Assembly: GCF_037042905.1 (NCBI RefSeq)
Contig: NC_087251.1
Span: 46,812,001-46,876,000, forward strand
Direction of reading: 5' to 3'
DNA: 64,000 nucleotides
Source of the DNA: Lytechinus pictus
Lineage: Eukaryota
Each line of letters begins with the position of its first letter. The first letter of the stretch is position 1. The notes below the pieces were generated by a model. The model was not told where the DNA came from. It searched no databases and saw nothing but the letters and a program-made list of their open reading frames with translations. Positions 1-13,500 of the stretch are shown piece after piece. Made by a program: the position numbers and the translations under genes.

Positions 1-263
1 ACTGAATTCAAGAATACAAAAGTAATAAATTTCATAATATTGTTAAGCAGTGTCTCACAAATAGAATTTCACACAACTTTGTACACTAAATTTATTTTGA
101 CAAATCTATAAAAAGAATTATCTTCAGTTTGGGACATCTACCTCTGCCATGCATAGTACCGGTCACGTGACTGAAACACACGTTTGAATTTCTATTTCTC
201 TTTTTCCTTTTCAATTCTACTCACTTTCCAATTTCTCTCATATTAGAACAAAGTTTCTTTTAG

Positions 264-3200
264 TTTGATCACGGGAAACATATTTTGGCGATGTATTGCA
301 ATCGACTTGTCCGTCCCCCTACCCCCTGGGTCCTGAGACCAATTCCCCGTACTGGGTCAGCTTCTCCGGCCATCAGATCACCGATGGTTAATTCCATGGA
401 TGTAAGCAAATTATATGCAATTAAAATATGTAAATGAAAGAAAATAAGAATGAAACAAAAAAAAATGAAGAAATAAGTACCAAACTTATCTATGCATCTA
501 TGTCTTATCTGAGAGGATATGCCATTACATTATGATTGAACAATAATGATATAAAATTTTATCAACGACACCATAATTCTGGATTGAATTTAAATCAAAA
601 TTGATAATAGAACATTTGCGAACAAAAAGTGAAAGATAAATGAATAAAATAATGAATGAAAGATAAGCAAATAACAAATGAATAGATAAATTAATCAACA
701 AAAAGTAATGAATGAATGAATGAAAATAAACAAATGATCAAAAATAAATGAATGAATAATTTATTAACGAATAAATACATAAATAGATCAAATTTACATA
801 GATGAATGAACAATCACATGAATACATAAAGGGAAATACACAATAGATTAATGATCAAATAAAAAAATTAATGAAAAATAAGTAAATATAATTAAGAAAT
901 AAGATTATCAGTGAATAAAAAGAAATGAATAGACAAATAAAATAATTCAACTACTTCTCAAGCGTGCAATGTGGTGCAATTTCAAAACACAGCTTCTTAT
1001 GCATTTTTTGGCATACAGTCACTAAATTGAAAAAAATGGATAACAGAAACAAATAAAAACCAAAAAACCTCAGAGGCCGCTAGATTTGAAAAATTGAAAA
1101 TTTTATATATAGGTCTAAAATGGTAGGTTAATATTTAGATAATTCACATATTAAATTCTTAAACCCATGAATGCTTTCAGTTAGGCTTTTAAATGTCATC
1201 AATGTAGTATCTTAAAAAAATAATGATCAATTTTAAACAGGAGCTGTGTTGGTCTCACCAGGATCCAACTTTCTCCCCATCCGCCATCTCTCCCAACACA
1301 TCAGCTGGCAACATGTCGGGCAAGCTGCTTCTGCAGTGCTTGCAACATTCCCTGGAGAAACAGCAACTTCAGGAAAAGATTGCTGTACGTCTATTTACAA
1401 TCTACCATGTAGATTTCACTTGTACTTTTCAATTTAGGGGAAAATCCTTCAAAAGAAATAAGGATAACATATTTTTAACATAAAAGGTCTAGTGGTATAT
1501 TTTACAAATAAAAGTGGAGAATTCAGCATTGATTGATTTTTCCAATATAGACATCCATGAAATGAAATAAAAAGTAAAAGAAATATATTTTTAGTGATAG
1601 AGTTTTTGTTTTATTCTTGCCACGTGAAAAATACAATTTATTTATTTGATTCAAATCACAGAGCCTGGCTTCCCAGCTTGGTGTTGGGCCTGATGGAGAC
1701 AGCGCAGACCTCCTCGCTAAGATCAACTCTCTGGTGACAGAATCAGAGGGAAGGAGGCTACAGGCAGAGAAGAAGGCCAAGGCTTTCCAAGATCGGTTCC
1801 TGGACTCAGAGAGCGAAGTCCAGATCTTGAAGATGGAACTGGCCGAGGCCAGAAAGCAGAGAGATGCTGCTTTAAAGAATCTTCAAGTAAATACTTTCTT
1901 ATTTTTTTCCAATGATTTAACCAGAAGGGATGCAAAGTTTTACTGGACTCATACTTTTTGGAAATAATTTCTTTCATATTTTGATGTACACGATACATAC
2001 TGTATAATGGTATAATGTTTAGGGCTGAACAATATCCCAAATTTTCTATTTCATCAAACAATGTAAAAGTTAGAATCTATCCAATGTGAAATTTTGATTG
2101 AATTTTTTTTTTTTTTTTTCCAAGGATATGACTTGGGAGCCAGTTGAGAGCTCTTCTCCTGCCGATGGAGCAGCTACCAGAGGCTCTTGGTAAATGTCAA
2201 ATAAATTGAAAGAAATACAAATTATAGCAAAAAAAATGAATTCATTTATTTATTTTTTGGCGGTTGTCAGGCATTAAAATAATCTTTCACCCTTTTTTCA
2301 GCAAACTTATGTGGAAAAGGCAAATGAAATAGGAAGGAATAAAATATTTTTATTGTATTCAAATTTCATAATCAAACAAAGGAAAATATGTGTATACATA
2401 AAAAAGGAAATAAACCCAGGGCAAAAAAGTAAATTACAGAGAAAACATGAATAATAATTGTATTATTTTGATAGCTGGCAGACGTTCGTATACCAATTAG
2501 TTCGATTAATAAAGGTTACTTAAACAATGTCAATTTTTTTGTCACCTATAGGTATTCTGGAGACAACCCCCAGCCACTGTCTTCAGCACCATTAGACCGT
2601 GGAGTAGCACCCACCTCTACACCAGACACAGCACCATACAACCCATCTACACCAGACACAGCACCATACAACCCATCTACACCAGACACAGCACCATACA
2701 ACCCATCTACACCAGACACAGCACCATACAACCCATCTACACCAGACACAGCACCTTACAACCCACCTACACCAGATACAGCCCCCATTGACACCATACC
2801 ATTACCCCTTGCGTAAGCACTAAGTTAACTATACTATAAATTTTTTTTTTTTGTAAAAATCAAACCAAACAACAACATAAATCAGAAAGATAAAAAACGT
2901 TACGGAAACACGAGTGACAAGACAATATCCAACAGCCAACTATATTTATCCGATCGCTGTACATGCTGCTCACTTGATTTCTGTTAAAATTCAGGTGCCC
3001 TAAAAATGAAACATATTTAAAAAAACTGTGCCCTAATAGTTTTGTGAATGATTCAGGACTTTGAGACTGCAGAAGATTGCATGTTATTTATCCGCACCTC
3101 CGCTTCAATAGATAAAAAAAGGCTTTCATTAAAGAAGAAAACTATTATGATAATCATTATTATACCATTTTTTTTGTAGAACTACAACAGTGAGCTCAGC

Positions 3201-4514
3201 TGTTGGTGTTGCCACATCTCCTTCCAGCGGTTCAACTGCCCCTGCCCTCGTCCCGGCATCTTCCTTCGTCCAGGCAATGGGCGATCTGAAGTCCTTCCTT
3301 CCAGGAGGTGGGGACGTCTTCCTGGGCAGCGGAGTAAACGGAACAGTCCATCTCTTCCGTCATCGTGTGACCGACCATCCCATCGCACTGAAAACCTTCG
3401 AGCTCCCCAACGATTTTGAGGAGATGACTACGAAGGTTGGTTCTCTCTTATTTAAAACACCGTTAAAACGGTTATAGAGCTTCGCATTATAGACAGTATA
3501 AGACCAGACGATGCAATCGTAGATTAAAAAAAAAGATGTAACAAAGAGCATACTCAAAGAAGTTGTTTTTATTTGCATTGATTCGCATTTCGATAGGTCA
3601 AGGTCATCCAGTCCGAAGCTTTCATCCTCGACGTTCTTGGTAGAGAGGAGTGCTTCCCGACTTTCCTTGGATGCTTGGAGATCAGCACAGGAACGATTGG
3701 CCTTGCGATGGATTTCATCGGGGACACGACTACGGGAGAGACTTGGACACTCAGCCGTGGCATGAGAGAGTTAGTACTGAGTCAACAAGAGTGGTAAGTT
3801 GATGATTTATTCTAACTCTTCAGCATAAGGCTTTGTACATGTATAAATCTTTATTTGGATTTTTTCACGTGCCATCACCTGTCTTTTCTTTTCCTCTGGT
3901 CTTTTCTTCTGTTTTAGGTTCAGTCTGGCTCTCGACATTGCCAAGTCACTTGGGGTGATTCACGAGAAAGGCTACTTGATGAACGACCTCAAGGAAGACA
4001 ACTGCTTGCTTCGAAAGGCTACATCTGGACGATGGCAAGCGGTTATCGTGGACTTTGGGCTGGCTTGTTCCCGAACCGAACCCTTCTCCTTCTGCTTCTC
4101 CACCGAGGATAAAGAGAAGTATCGAAGAAAGGTATGTTTAACGTGTTGGTCAAATTAAAATTCTTTTATGGTTCTTTATTACTAATTTTTTCATTTATCT
4201 AATTCACTGTTTTCTCTCTAATTTGGATGTCCATACAATGGTTTTAAGAAAAATTCTATCGTAATATAATTTACACTTTTTTTATTTTATATTTACAGGA
4301 GATCTATACCCACATTGCCCCAGAATGCGCCCTCGATGACCATCCGATCTCTGTCTCGAGCGACGTGTTCCAGCTCGGCCGTCTGTTGACCCTCATGGGA
4401 GATCGCACGAACACCGCCGATCTCACCGCCATCGGGAACATCTGTCGGCTTAATACCCACCTCTGCCGACCCACCATCGACGAGGTCGTCGACGAGATCG
4501 AGAGGGTAATGTAG
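264..4514 (+). CDS. Multi-exon Ser/Thr-type protein kinase (non-RD) with coiled-coil and Pro/Thr repeat N-terminal region; 5' end uncertain and may lie upstream
   Basis: Phase-consistent GT-AG exons: 264-401, 1241-1384, 1662-1886, 2125-2189, 2552-2812, 3180-3435, 3597-3793, 3918-4131, 4299-4514 (TAG), plus a possible extra exon 128-181. Motifs: LGSGVNGTV (Gly loop), IALK, QSEAFIL (alphaC Glu), MNDLKEDN (catalytic loop), DFG, HIAPE, SDVFQLG, RPT. AATAAA at 4683. Confidence 0.88.
630..945. repeat. Degenerate (AATG/AATA)n low-complexity tract in a kinase intron
   Basis: Repeated aatgaatgaa/aataaat units. Confidence 0.8.
2616..2786 (+). repeat. Coding 30-bp tandem repeat, (STPDTAPYNP)x5 plus a partial unit
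   Basis: Unit tctacaccagacacagcaccatacaaccca starts at 2616, 2646, 2676, 2706 and 2736, inside kinase exon 2552-2812. Confidence 0.95.
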
Positions 4515-6890
4515 GCTCTCACTGCATTTCAAGAGATGTTAAATCATTTCCCCTTTTTTACATATTTAAAAAAAAATTTTTTTACGAATTTAGAGTAGAT
4601 ATTTTTTTTAGTAACCTTATTTCAATTTCACATTTTAATCAAGACACTGCTGCTTCACTGAATGATGTTGTTTGATAACTTTAATAAATTTTGTATTCAG
4701 ATAAATCATGTTTTCACAATTGTTTTGAAATCATGAAAATTATATTTTCATCTTGCATCAAACATGCAGTAGAAATACTAAACATGCAGTAGTAATACTA
4801 AATGGTAAAACGAACGAACTAACAATTTGTTATGATTAGTTTATTATAATTCATTATTTAAAGAGTAAAAAGGGTATCACTGCATCTGCATCACAACGTC
4901 TTATTCACATCAAGTTATAAAACGAATATTCGCAAAATAATTAATTGATCTGAAGAAATTTTGAACATGATTACCAAAAAGAGACCAACGGCATATTCTA
5001 TATTTGGTTCTCCCCCGATATAACAACAAAAAAAAGAATGAATTTCGATTTTTTTTTTCTGCTCTGAACCATCAGTACTTGTATCCAAAGAGAAGTTGAA
5101 TTTTCAATAGTATAAGTGAAATTCTAACAGAGCAATTATTAACGATGAAGTAAGTTTATGATATTTTATGAACTTTTTCTTCAAAGAAAGAACCACCTGG
5201 AATACATATTACAAATAAATTTGAATGAAAGGTAATTAGACTTCAGATAATTGCAGGGTAATTGATTTATTATCTTTTGAAATGCAGTGATATAGGGTAA
5301 GTATTGTAAATATTCTTTATATACTATTTTACTTTAGAATTCTCATAGCTGTTCGATATTACAATTATGATTGGTATAACAGTTTGGCAAATACAAGGGC
5401 CCTAGTTGGATAAACGTTATACTATTCGGGTAACGTTTTTCATCCAATGGTAACTAAATCTAGGTTGATCATGGAACATGTGGAGATTACCATTGGATAG
5501 CAACTTCATTTTGAAGCAACTGGGCTCTACCCATAAACCATTGCAGTGAAATTAAACTAATTGCTCGTTCAAACGAAAGAAGTTCTGCAGTACTTCTAAA
5601 AAATCTCGGCTCTGGATAAAGTAATAAAAAATACAAAATTGATTTGATTTGTGATTATTCGAATTCCAGTTCGTGTCGGCCAGGATAACTTGTACGTAGT
5701 CTGCAGCCAAAATATCGTGATTGAAATTGTTACCATATTTACTCATCAACTTGATGAAAGTATAGCATCATAAATCAAATCAAGAAGCCAGGGAGCTTTT
5801 ACAATAGTATGCAAATTCAGGCCACTTTCTTAAAGAAATGGTTTACCCAGCAAACTAACTTAAGCATTATATTTCATTAATAAAGATCATATCAGCTGAT
5901 CAACAACGATGAATTTCATACGCAAACATAAAGATAGAAAACATCATTCGTTGCAACTTGTAATTATATGACCAAAAAAAAACATGAACCGCTATGTTTA
6001 GAAAAATGAAACAAGAATTGATATTGAAATGAAACTAACTGAATAACAATCTGGTCAATATTCAAAAAGATTTTCATGCACTGTTGATAATACGGAGATG
6101 GAGCAATCGGTATCGTAACCGAAGGTAGTCCATCACGGTACAGAGCGGGGTGGGGCTCTGTACACAGGGGCGGCGCCCGGGTATTTTTGATTGGAGGATG
6201 GGGTGTGAGACATTATGAAGATTGCTTTTTTTCTCAATTGAATCAATTTTAACATAGCAATTTCTTTTACACTTTTCATTCTCTTCATTTCCCTTCTATT
6301 TCTATTTTTACTCTCCCCCAGTTTTCACTACTTGAAAAAAAATTTGGGGAACACCCCCTGCCCCCCCCCCGCCCCTTCTGTGGTGCCGCCCGGCCTGTCT
6401 GTACAAAATGTCGAAGGCATGTATTTTTTAACAATTATTATTTTCGCAGGGTAGGTGTTGTAATGGGTCATTCATGTGAAGTGGATTAAAAATAAATTCT
6501 CTCCTTCCTTTTTAAAGGCTATGGCTATATGAGAAGGAGGAGAAGAGTTATTCGAAAAAATATATATTTGTCCAGAGGTGGGGTACATTGTGTGTGTGCG
6601 TGTAAAAGGGGAAGGTCATTCAGGGGGACCGTATCATTAACGGACTAGTCAGACGTTTCATCCGACTAAGTTTGCTTAATTCGACAGTTACATTCGTAAT
6701 AAGGCTTCCCAACCAATGAAAATCGAGAAAAATGTCACATGGCATAATAGGATAAAAACTGTTTAAAACTGTATATGCATATGTTTTTCTTTTCTTAGAA
6801 CATTGAAATAAACAGTAATTAATATCATTTAAAATATGGCTTTGTGAGAAACATTTCACAAAAAAGGCAAAAATAACTAGGCTTATATTA

Positions 6891-8902
6891 GGAGTGGGCT
6901 ATACATGGTTAAAAAATACATTTTTGTCATTTTAATATGGCAACAGTTTTTTATTCCTTGTACTGTATCTCAACATGAAATGACAATATTTTTTGTCTTG
7001 GGTCCTAGAAAAAAGTATGCCGGGCCAAAATTTTAAAATGGCCGCCAACCCCCCCCCCCCAAAAAAAAAAAAAAAATCACAGTTTTGGCCACAACTTCTT
7101 TATTTAGTGGTCCTTTTCTCTGGTTTTGATGTCTATTCATATGTTTTTGGGGGCAGGCAATTTGTTTTACCTAAAATTAATACTTAAAAACCATTATTTG
7201 TAGAGTTAAAAGGTGATTTTACCTAAATTTACAAAAAAAATTACCCCTTTTCACCAAAAATTAGGTTTCATCGTCTTGTGTTTCTTGGATATAGGACAAT
7301 ACGAGTTCCACAATAGCAAGTAGTTTCATATAGCTATATTGCTCTACTTTGGGTTTTACGGATATTTGCGAAATATATCTTATTTAAAAAAATGCCATTT
7401 ATCCATAGGGGCTATATACAGTATAGTACCATGTATTGTACATACTGCACTGCATACATGTATGTCCTTGCATTGCCCACTGTCTGTATATAAACTATAG
7501 TGTCATAGAAATGAGCTCTTGAATTAAATGCCTCAGAAATTGAAGATACTGTATGTTTTGTCCGAAAAATTGAAGACATGTTTTGTCAAATATGCTCATG
7601 CAGGGGGCGGAGAGAGGAAAATATCATTAACGATGGATTATAGTGAGCGTGTGTGTGTGAGGGTGTGTGTGAAGGTGTGTGTGTGTTGCATTTTTTTTTG
7701 CTTATCTCTTTTTTTTTCTGTACATTTCTGTATTTTATTCTTATTATGTACAGTATGTTCCTTCGCTGTTTACATCTCATTTATTGTAGGGCCCCACGTA
7801 CAAGCTCTGCTTTTTAGGGGTCCTCGAAAACCTCTCATATATGTTATTTAGCCTTTTGTAATATTATCTGTTCATTGATTTGTACTTATACATGTATTTC
7901 TGGTTTTTGAATGAATTAAACTTGAAACTTGAACTTGAATAGTCAACCCCACATTATGGCATTTTATACACTGTGGCTATTCTGTTACCATTATCATAAT
8001 AGTAACTTTGCCATCCAATGGTAACTTGCATGGAATCCTTGATTCTGATAGGCCGTTGATCAGCGTTACCATGGTAGTTATCTGACCCCATAAACTTAAG
8101 GTTATACACCACAACCAGGTAAAAATGAGCCTCCAAATGAAGAAGATATGGCTAAAAATGTGATGTGCGTACATGTACATGATGTTTATGTGCAATGTAT
8201 GTTTATCATCGGGTTACATCATGTACATGTACATCAGCTAACAAGCAATCAAATTCACAAGTGACAATCTAATTCTAAACCTCAGGAGCTCACTTCTATG
8301 ACACTATAGTTTATATACAGGACTTGTTATTTGTCATGGTGGTCAATGCATGGATATATGCAGTGTAGTATGTACAGTACATGTATAACGTACAGCCCCT
8401 ATTGATAAATGACATTTTCTTTAATTTGATAAGATGTACATTGCAAATATCTGTCAACCCCAAATTAGAGGAATAAAAGCAATATAGCTATATGAAGCTG
8501 CTTAATACTTCTCAACTAGTATCGTCTAATATCCAAGAACCACGAGACGATGAAACCTAATTGTTGGCTGAAAAGGGGGTCTAAAAATCATAAATTTAAG
8601 TAAAATCACCTTTTAACTCTACAAATAATGATTTAAAAGTACTAATTTTAGGAAAATAAACAATTGCCTGCCCCAAAAAACATATGAATAGACACCAAAA
8701 CCAGAGATAAGGACTACCAAATATAGACGTTGTGGCCAAAACTGTGATTTTGGGGGGGTTTGGCGGCCAATTTGGATTTTGGCCCGGCACACTTTTTTCT
8801 CGGACCCGAGACAAAAAATATTTCATGTTGAGATAAGGTAAAAGGAATACAAAAAACTGTTGCCACAGTCAAACAAAAAATCACCCATTTATAGCCCACT
8901 CC
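6891..8902. mobile_element. Non-autonomous foldback-type DNA transposon with ~600-bp imperfect terminal inverted repeats
   Basis: Starts GGAGTGGGCTATA and ends TATAGCCCACTCC, flanked by TA on both sides. 6891-~7520 is an imperfect reverse complement of ~8280-8902 (e.g. agaaaaaagtatgccgggccaaaat vs attttggcccggcacacttttttct). No transposase ORF. Confidence 0.85.
7700..7940 (+). mobile_element. 3' tail remnant of a CR1/L2-group LINE inside the foldback element
   Basis: Stem-loop-like gggccccacgtacaagctctgctttttaggggtcc, then an AT-rich UTR and an (aacttg)n tail. Confidence 0.5.
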
Positions 8903-9662
8903 TACTTATAAAGTCTGCACATGAGTTTAGGACAAACGGCTTCTCTGTGAGGAGGATCGAAAAGGTATCGGAACAAGAAGGGGATTAATAAAGTACATGA
9001 GGACGATTCCCCAATGATTAAAACAAGGTTCTCATCGTACTATAATGAGGTACTGTTTATCATAGCAACCGTTGTCATAGAGCAGTGATAGCAGTGATAT
9101 CATGTCCTTAAAAATCATATATTGGATTTAAACAATCATAATTTAATTTTAATAACTTAACATTATATACGTAGACATTTACGTAATGAAATTGGCGTAA
9201 AAAAATAGGGGCACAAAACGAGGTATAGGGAAAAGGTCTAAAAAGTAGCGAACGAGCGAAAAAGTTGACGGTTGAATTAAAACTATAATTTCTTAAAAAA
9301 TTGTCAGAAAATGATATAATATTTCACACTTTTTTATTTTCTCCTTTTTTGTGAAGGGGGCGGTACTCCAGTTCACCATAAGCCCCCCCCCCCCCCCTTC
9401 TACGCCAGTGGAGTATTCGTTGGTACGGTAAGGAGAATTGGCTCACACAATTTTAGATTAACAAGTTAATGATAGAATATCTCCAATTGTATCATGGTCA
9501 GACGAAAAAAAAATTGAGAGAAACTCAGAAGAAAAAAAGATGAACCCGCCCACTCCCATCCATCAAATAAGAAATTCAGTGAATGGCTTCAATAATCAAT
9601 CAACAGAGATTTGATAATATCATTTTCTGTAATGATATCGGTAGTGATAAGTACATGACTGA

Positions 9663-9752
9663 TTATCATCACCATCATCATCACCATCATCATCATCGTC
9701 GTCACCACCATCGTCACCACCATCATCATGATCATCAGCATAATCATCATCA
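9663..9752. repeat. (CAT/CAC)n microsatellite
   Basis: Direct reading. Confidence 0.95.
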
Positions 9753-10856
9753 ATATGGACATCTTGAAAGAGACACTTGGGCAGCATGTGTATGTATGAT
9801 CATGATGACTAAACTTGGTTTAGACACCTAGGTGCTGATAAAGAACTCTATATGATCATGATAATGTGCGAAAATTATCACTCAACCGTCTCGTCAGTCT
9901 CAAGTTGCCTACCATTCTTTCTTCTCATCCGAATATGTAAACTTCTAACATTTTGAATATATATTTCCCACAAAGTATAAAAAGCTTTATTGAGAAATGC
10001 AGTATTCATGTCGCTAAGTGCTCTAAGTAATAGCTTTTACTATTCAAATTCGAATTTTTTTTCTCGCTCGGTCGCTACATGCTCCCTCGCAATATAACAT
10101 CTAAAAAATGCAGAATACAGTAATGCTCTCTTAGGTGCGGGTATAGCAAGTCAATAATTCCTTGCAATACAATAAAGTGAGTAGCGACTTTTTTTCAAAT
10201 AGGCCTAAATCTACTATACCTATCACGAACATTCTAGATTCATCTATTTTTGTCAAAAGCATATAGCGTTCTGAATTTGTTCATTCTTTAGGATAAATAT
10301 TTGTTTTAAAAGAAAATGGTTCGGTCGCTCTGATATTCTCCCTGACCAATGCTAAAGAAAAAACATATATAGTTAAGAGTCAGGATGTCGATTCATGTTT
10401 CAGATGGGGGGGGGGGCGTGGAAAAAAATCCCAAAATTTTCGGCGCGCTCTGCGCGCGAAATTTTAACAATAAAATGTTGCACGTGAAGAGTATCGAAAA
10501 CATGACAATTTTCGTCCGCCTTAACTTGTGAAGTGAAATCATATGCCCTCATCTGGATGTATAACACCAATCAGGGACTAATAGGTGTCATGTAGATAAA
10601 ACGTTTATAATAAACATTCTCAAGCATTTTGATTATGTGAATTCATTATTGGATCGGTCGCTACGATTCCTCGCACGATATTAGAAACATTTTGGGGGCA
10701 AGAGCGGGGGGCGTACTAGCTGCTTAGTCAAATCAGTATGTTCTCCCACGCACATAATGCTGCCCACGATTGGCAATTTTCGTTGCATTGAATAAAGTAA
10801 CCAACGACGAAAATTTATCAAGACTTCTAAAAAAAATAAGTCTAGAACCGCGCCTA

Positions 10857-11033
10857 TACTGCTGCTGATGCTGCTACTACTACTACTGCTGCTGTTGCTA
10901 CTACTACTGCTACTAATTCTACTACTACTACTACTACTACTATTATTATTACTGCTGCTACTACTACTACAACAACTACTACTACTAATAATAATAATAA
11001 TTATAATAATAATAATTATAATAATAATAATAA
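10857..11033. repeat. Compound (CTG/CTA/TAA)n microsatellite
   Basis: Direct reading; explains the poly-L/I and poly-S ORFs. Confidence 0.95.
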
Positions 11034-11164
11034 CAAAAACGATGTGCAAAGGGTTAATCGCTACGAGACTTTGAAAATAAGCACATAATTTTCAAATCAA
11101 TTCGAAAAAGACAATAATAAACTATCATATTGCTGTGGAATTCAAGCATATTAATTTAATGATT

Positions 11165-11590
11165 TAATCATTATCATTATTATCGTCGTCGTCATCATCA
11201 TCATCATTATTATTATTATTATCATCATCATAATCATGTACATCATCATCATCATTATCATCTTCATCTTCATCATCATCATCATCATTATCATCATCAT
11301 CCTCATCATTTCATCCTTATTTACATTTTATATTAAATAGTTGTCTATTGCATGTTTATTATGTAACTTGTTTTGTAACTATACATGCACTGTGACTCGA
11401 AAGAAATTGTTAAAATGAGAAAGGAATATGAAGAATAAAGTACCTCTGAATGAGGAAAAGAAACAAAATTTATCCTCATCATCATCTTTATCATCGTCTG
11501 TGTCTTCTTTTTTATCACCATCTTCTTCATTATAATCGTCATTATCTTCTTCTTCTTTTCCTCTTCTTCTTCTTCTTTCATATTCCTCTT
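11165..11590. repeat. (CAT/TAT)n and (CTT)n microsatellite clusters
   Basis: Direct reading at 11165-11310 and 11476-11590. Confidence 0.9.
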
Positions 11591-12238
11591 CTTTTTTGTT
11601 TATATAATATTATACAAATGAGTAAAAATAACCAAAATATAATACATGTATATTGATACAACCGAGAAAATGGTAATAAAAATAATATAAAATAGGATAA
11701 GAAATCTAAAAATAAAGAAAATAAAAACATATTTTTAAGGATATTATCACATCGACTTCAATAAAACGATAAAATAAAGATAAATATTTGTGTTTTTATT
11801 TGTAGGGGATGGGGGCAATAAACCCCTACCCCCATCAATACACTGGTAAAATAAACTTGAGAAACCAAGGGAGTATTCATCAATAGAAAATCCAGCGTGT
11901 GGATAGTGCAATGAAATACGCTTGCATTAATACGAATGCAGATCGGTGTCATTTAAATACCGATGAAATATTATTTAAAGGGCAATTTAATTGAAAATTA
12001 AGGGTACTGGATGCAACAATTCCCTTAATTTTCTCTTCACTTTTTTGAATCCATGGGAACTTGGAGGTACAACGGTCCATGATGAATGAAAAGATGAAAT
12101 TACAATTTTAGGAATATTTTTATTTGAATGCCCATAATTTGCTTGATAACCGTTGATTGCCTGGAAGTTGTGCTAACGCTTAATCAGTCTTAATCATTCC
12201 TCATTATAATGATTTCATTTTATGTATTCTTTAAGTCT

Positions 12239-13500
12239 GGGTCGTGTGGTCTAGTGGTTAGAGCAATGGAGTCATGATTATAAGGTCGTGAGTTCAAATT
12301 GCATCTCTGTCATTATCTTGTGTGTTGCTGCCCTCTACGTTCGTTGTCATAGATGAAGCTTTATCTTGGAATGAGCATCTGCACCGTATTACAATGTGTA
12401 TTTCGAGAAGCATTGGAATTATTTCTAAGTTAAAATTTATTTTGCCTCTTGAAACTTTATTCCTATTGTACAATTCCTTAGTACTCCCGTATACTACTTA
12501 TTGTAACGTTGTTTGGGCTAATTGTGGCTCAACAAAACTGACTTCTATTTTCAAATTACAAAAGAGAGTTATTCGCATTTGTACAGGATCTCATTACTTG
12601 GCTCACGCTGATCCATTATTTTTCAAACAGAAAACACTAAAAGTTGCCGACTTATATACTCTTACTGTTTAAGTATATTAATAACCTACTCCCTTCGTCT
12701 TTTGATGATATGTTTAAGTTCAATAATTCTGTTCATACCTACCCAACTCGTACATCTGGAAACTTTCATCTCACAAACCCCAGACTGTTAATTACCTCTA
12801 AATCAATTCGACATCATGGTCCAGACATTTGGAATAATCTTGCAGAAAATATTAAATCTTGTTCCACTTTATACTCTTTGAAATCAACTCTTAAAAGAAA
12901 TATCATTCGATCTTATTCATCCCAACCTTCAAATTAATCCTCATTTACCATTATAAATTAAATAAAAAATATAAATTCTACAGCTATCTTCTGCACCCGC
13001 ACCCGCACCTGCACCTGCATTGCACCCACTTGTTCAGTAATTATACCAATCATAGTCACGAACCCTTTTTATGAGGCCGCCATCAATTACAAGCTTAACC
13101 GCTCACGATGGCGGTCTCCTGCGTTCATTAAATTTTGTTAATGTTCCTTTTTTATTATTAAAATGTGAAGTATATGCCCACACCATTTTTTTCCTTCAAA
13201 TTATGTATTATGTTTATATTGTATACATTATGAATCATTTTGTATATTACAAACAATGTAAATATTTTTGATAATGTATTGTGAACGCAGAAATAAAATT
13301 AAAACAAACAAAACAATTATCTCCACTTAAACCAAACAAAGGCCCGAGAGTTATTTATGTCGTCTCTAACGGTCAGCCACTATCACTGATTAATCTAGAT
13401 GTAAAATGTTTTATATGTAATTGGTTATATGCCAGCTTGGCGTTGATACGACAGAAAGCTGATTTTTCTGAGTTCCTAGGGAGTTACCCCAAAGAAACTC
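12239..13500 (+). mobile_element. tRNA-derived SINE split by a LINE insertion (SINE parts 12239-12318 and 13323-~13500)
   Basis: A-box tggtctagtgg and B-box-like gagttcaaat. The joined halves match the uninterrupted copy at 58121 (cattatctcc..ttaaaccaaa..ggccc.agagttattt..gtcagccactat.actgattaa). Confidence 0.8.
12319..13315 (+). mobile_element. 5'-truncated CR1/L2-group non-LTR retrotransposon (C-terminal RT region, 3' UTR and tail)
   Basis: ORFs 12322-12672 and 12644-12937 (IDEALSWNEH..ISRSIGII..LYNSLVLPY..YCNVVW..LQKRVIR..H.YPTR), one frameshift. 3' stem-loop gaggccgccatc...gatggcggtctc. A-rich tail. Candidate TSD attatct at 12312-12318 and 13316-13322. Confidence 0.9.

Noticed and set aside
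9583..11656. Poly-His, poly-Leu/Ile and poly-Ser ORFs
   Set aside because: They are translations of trinucleotide microsatellites with no splice or domain support.
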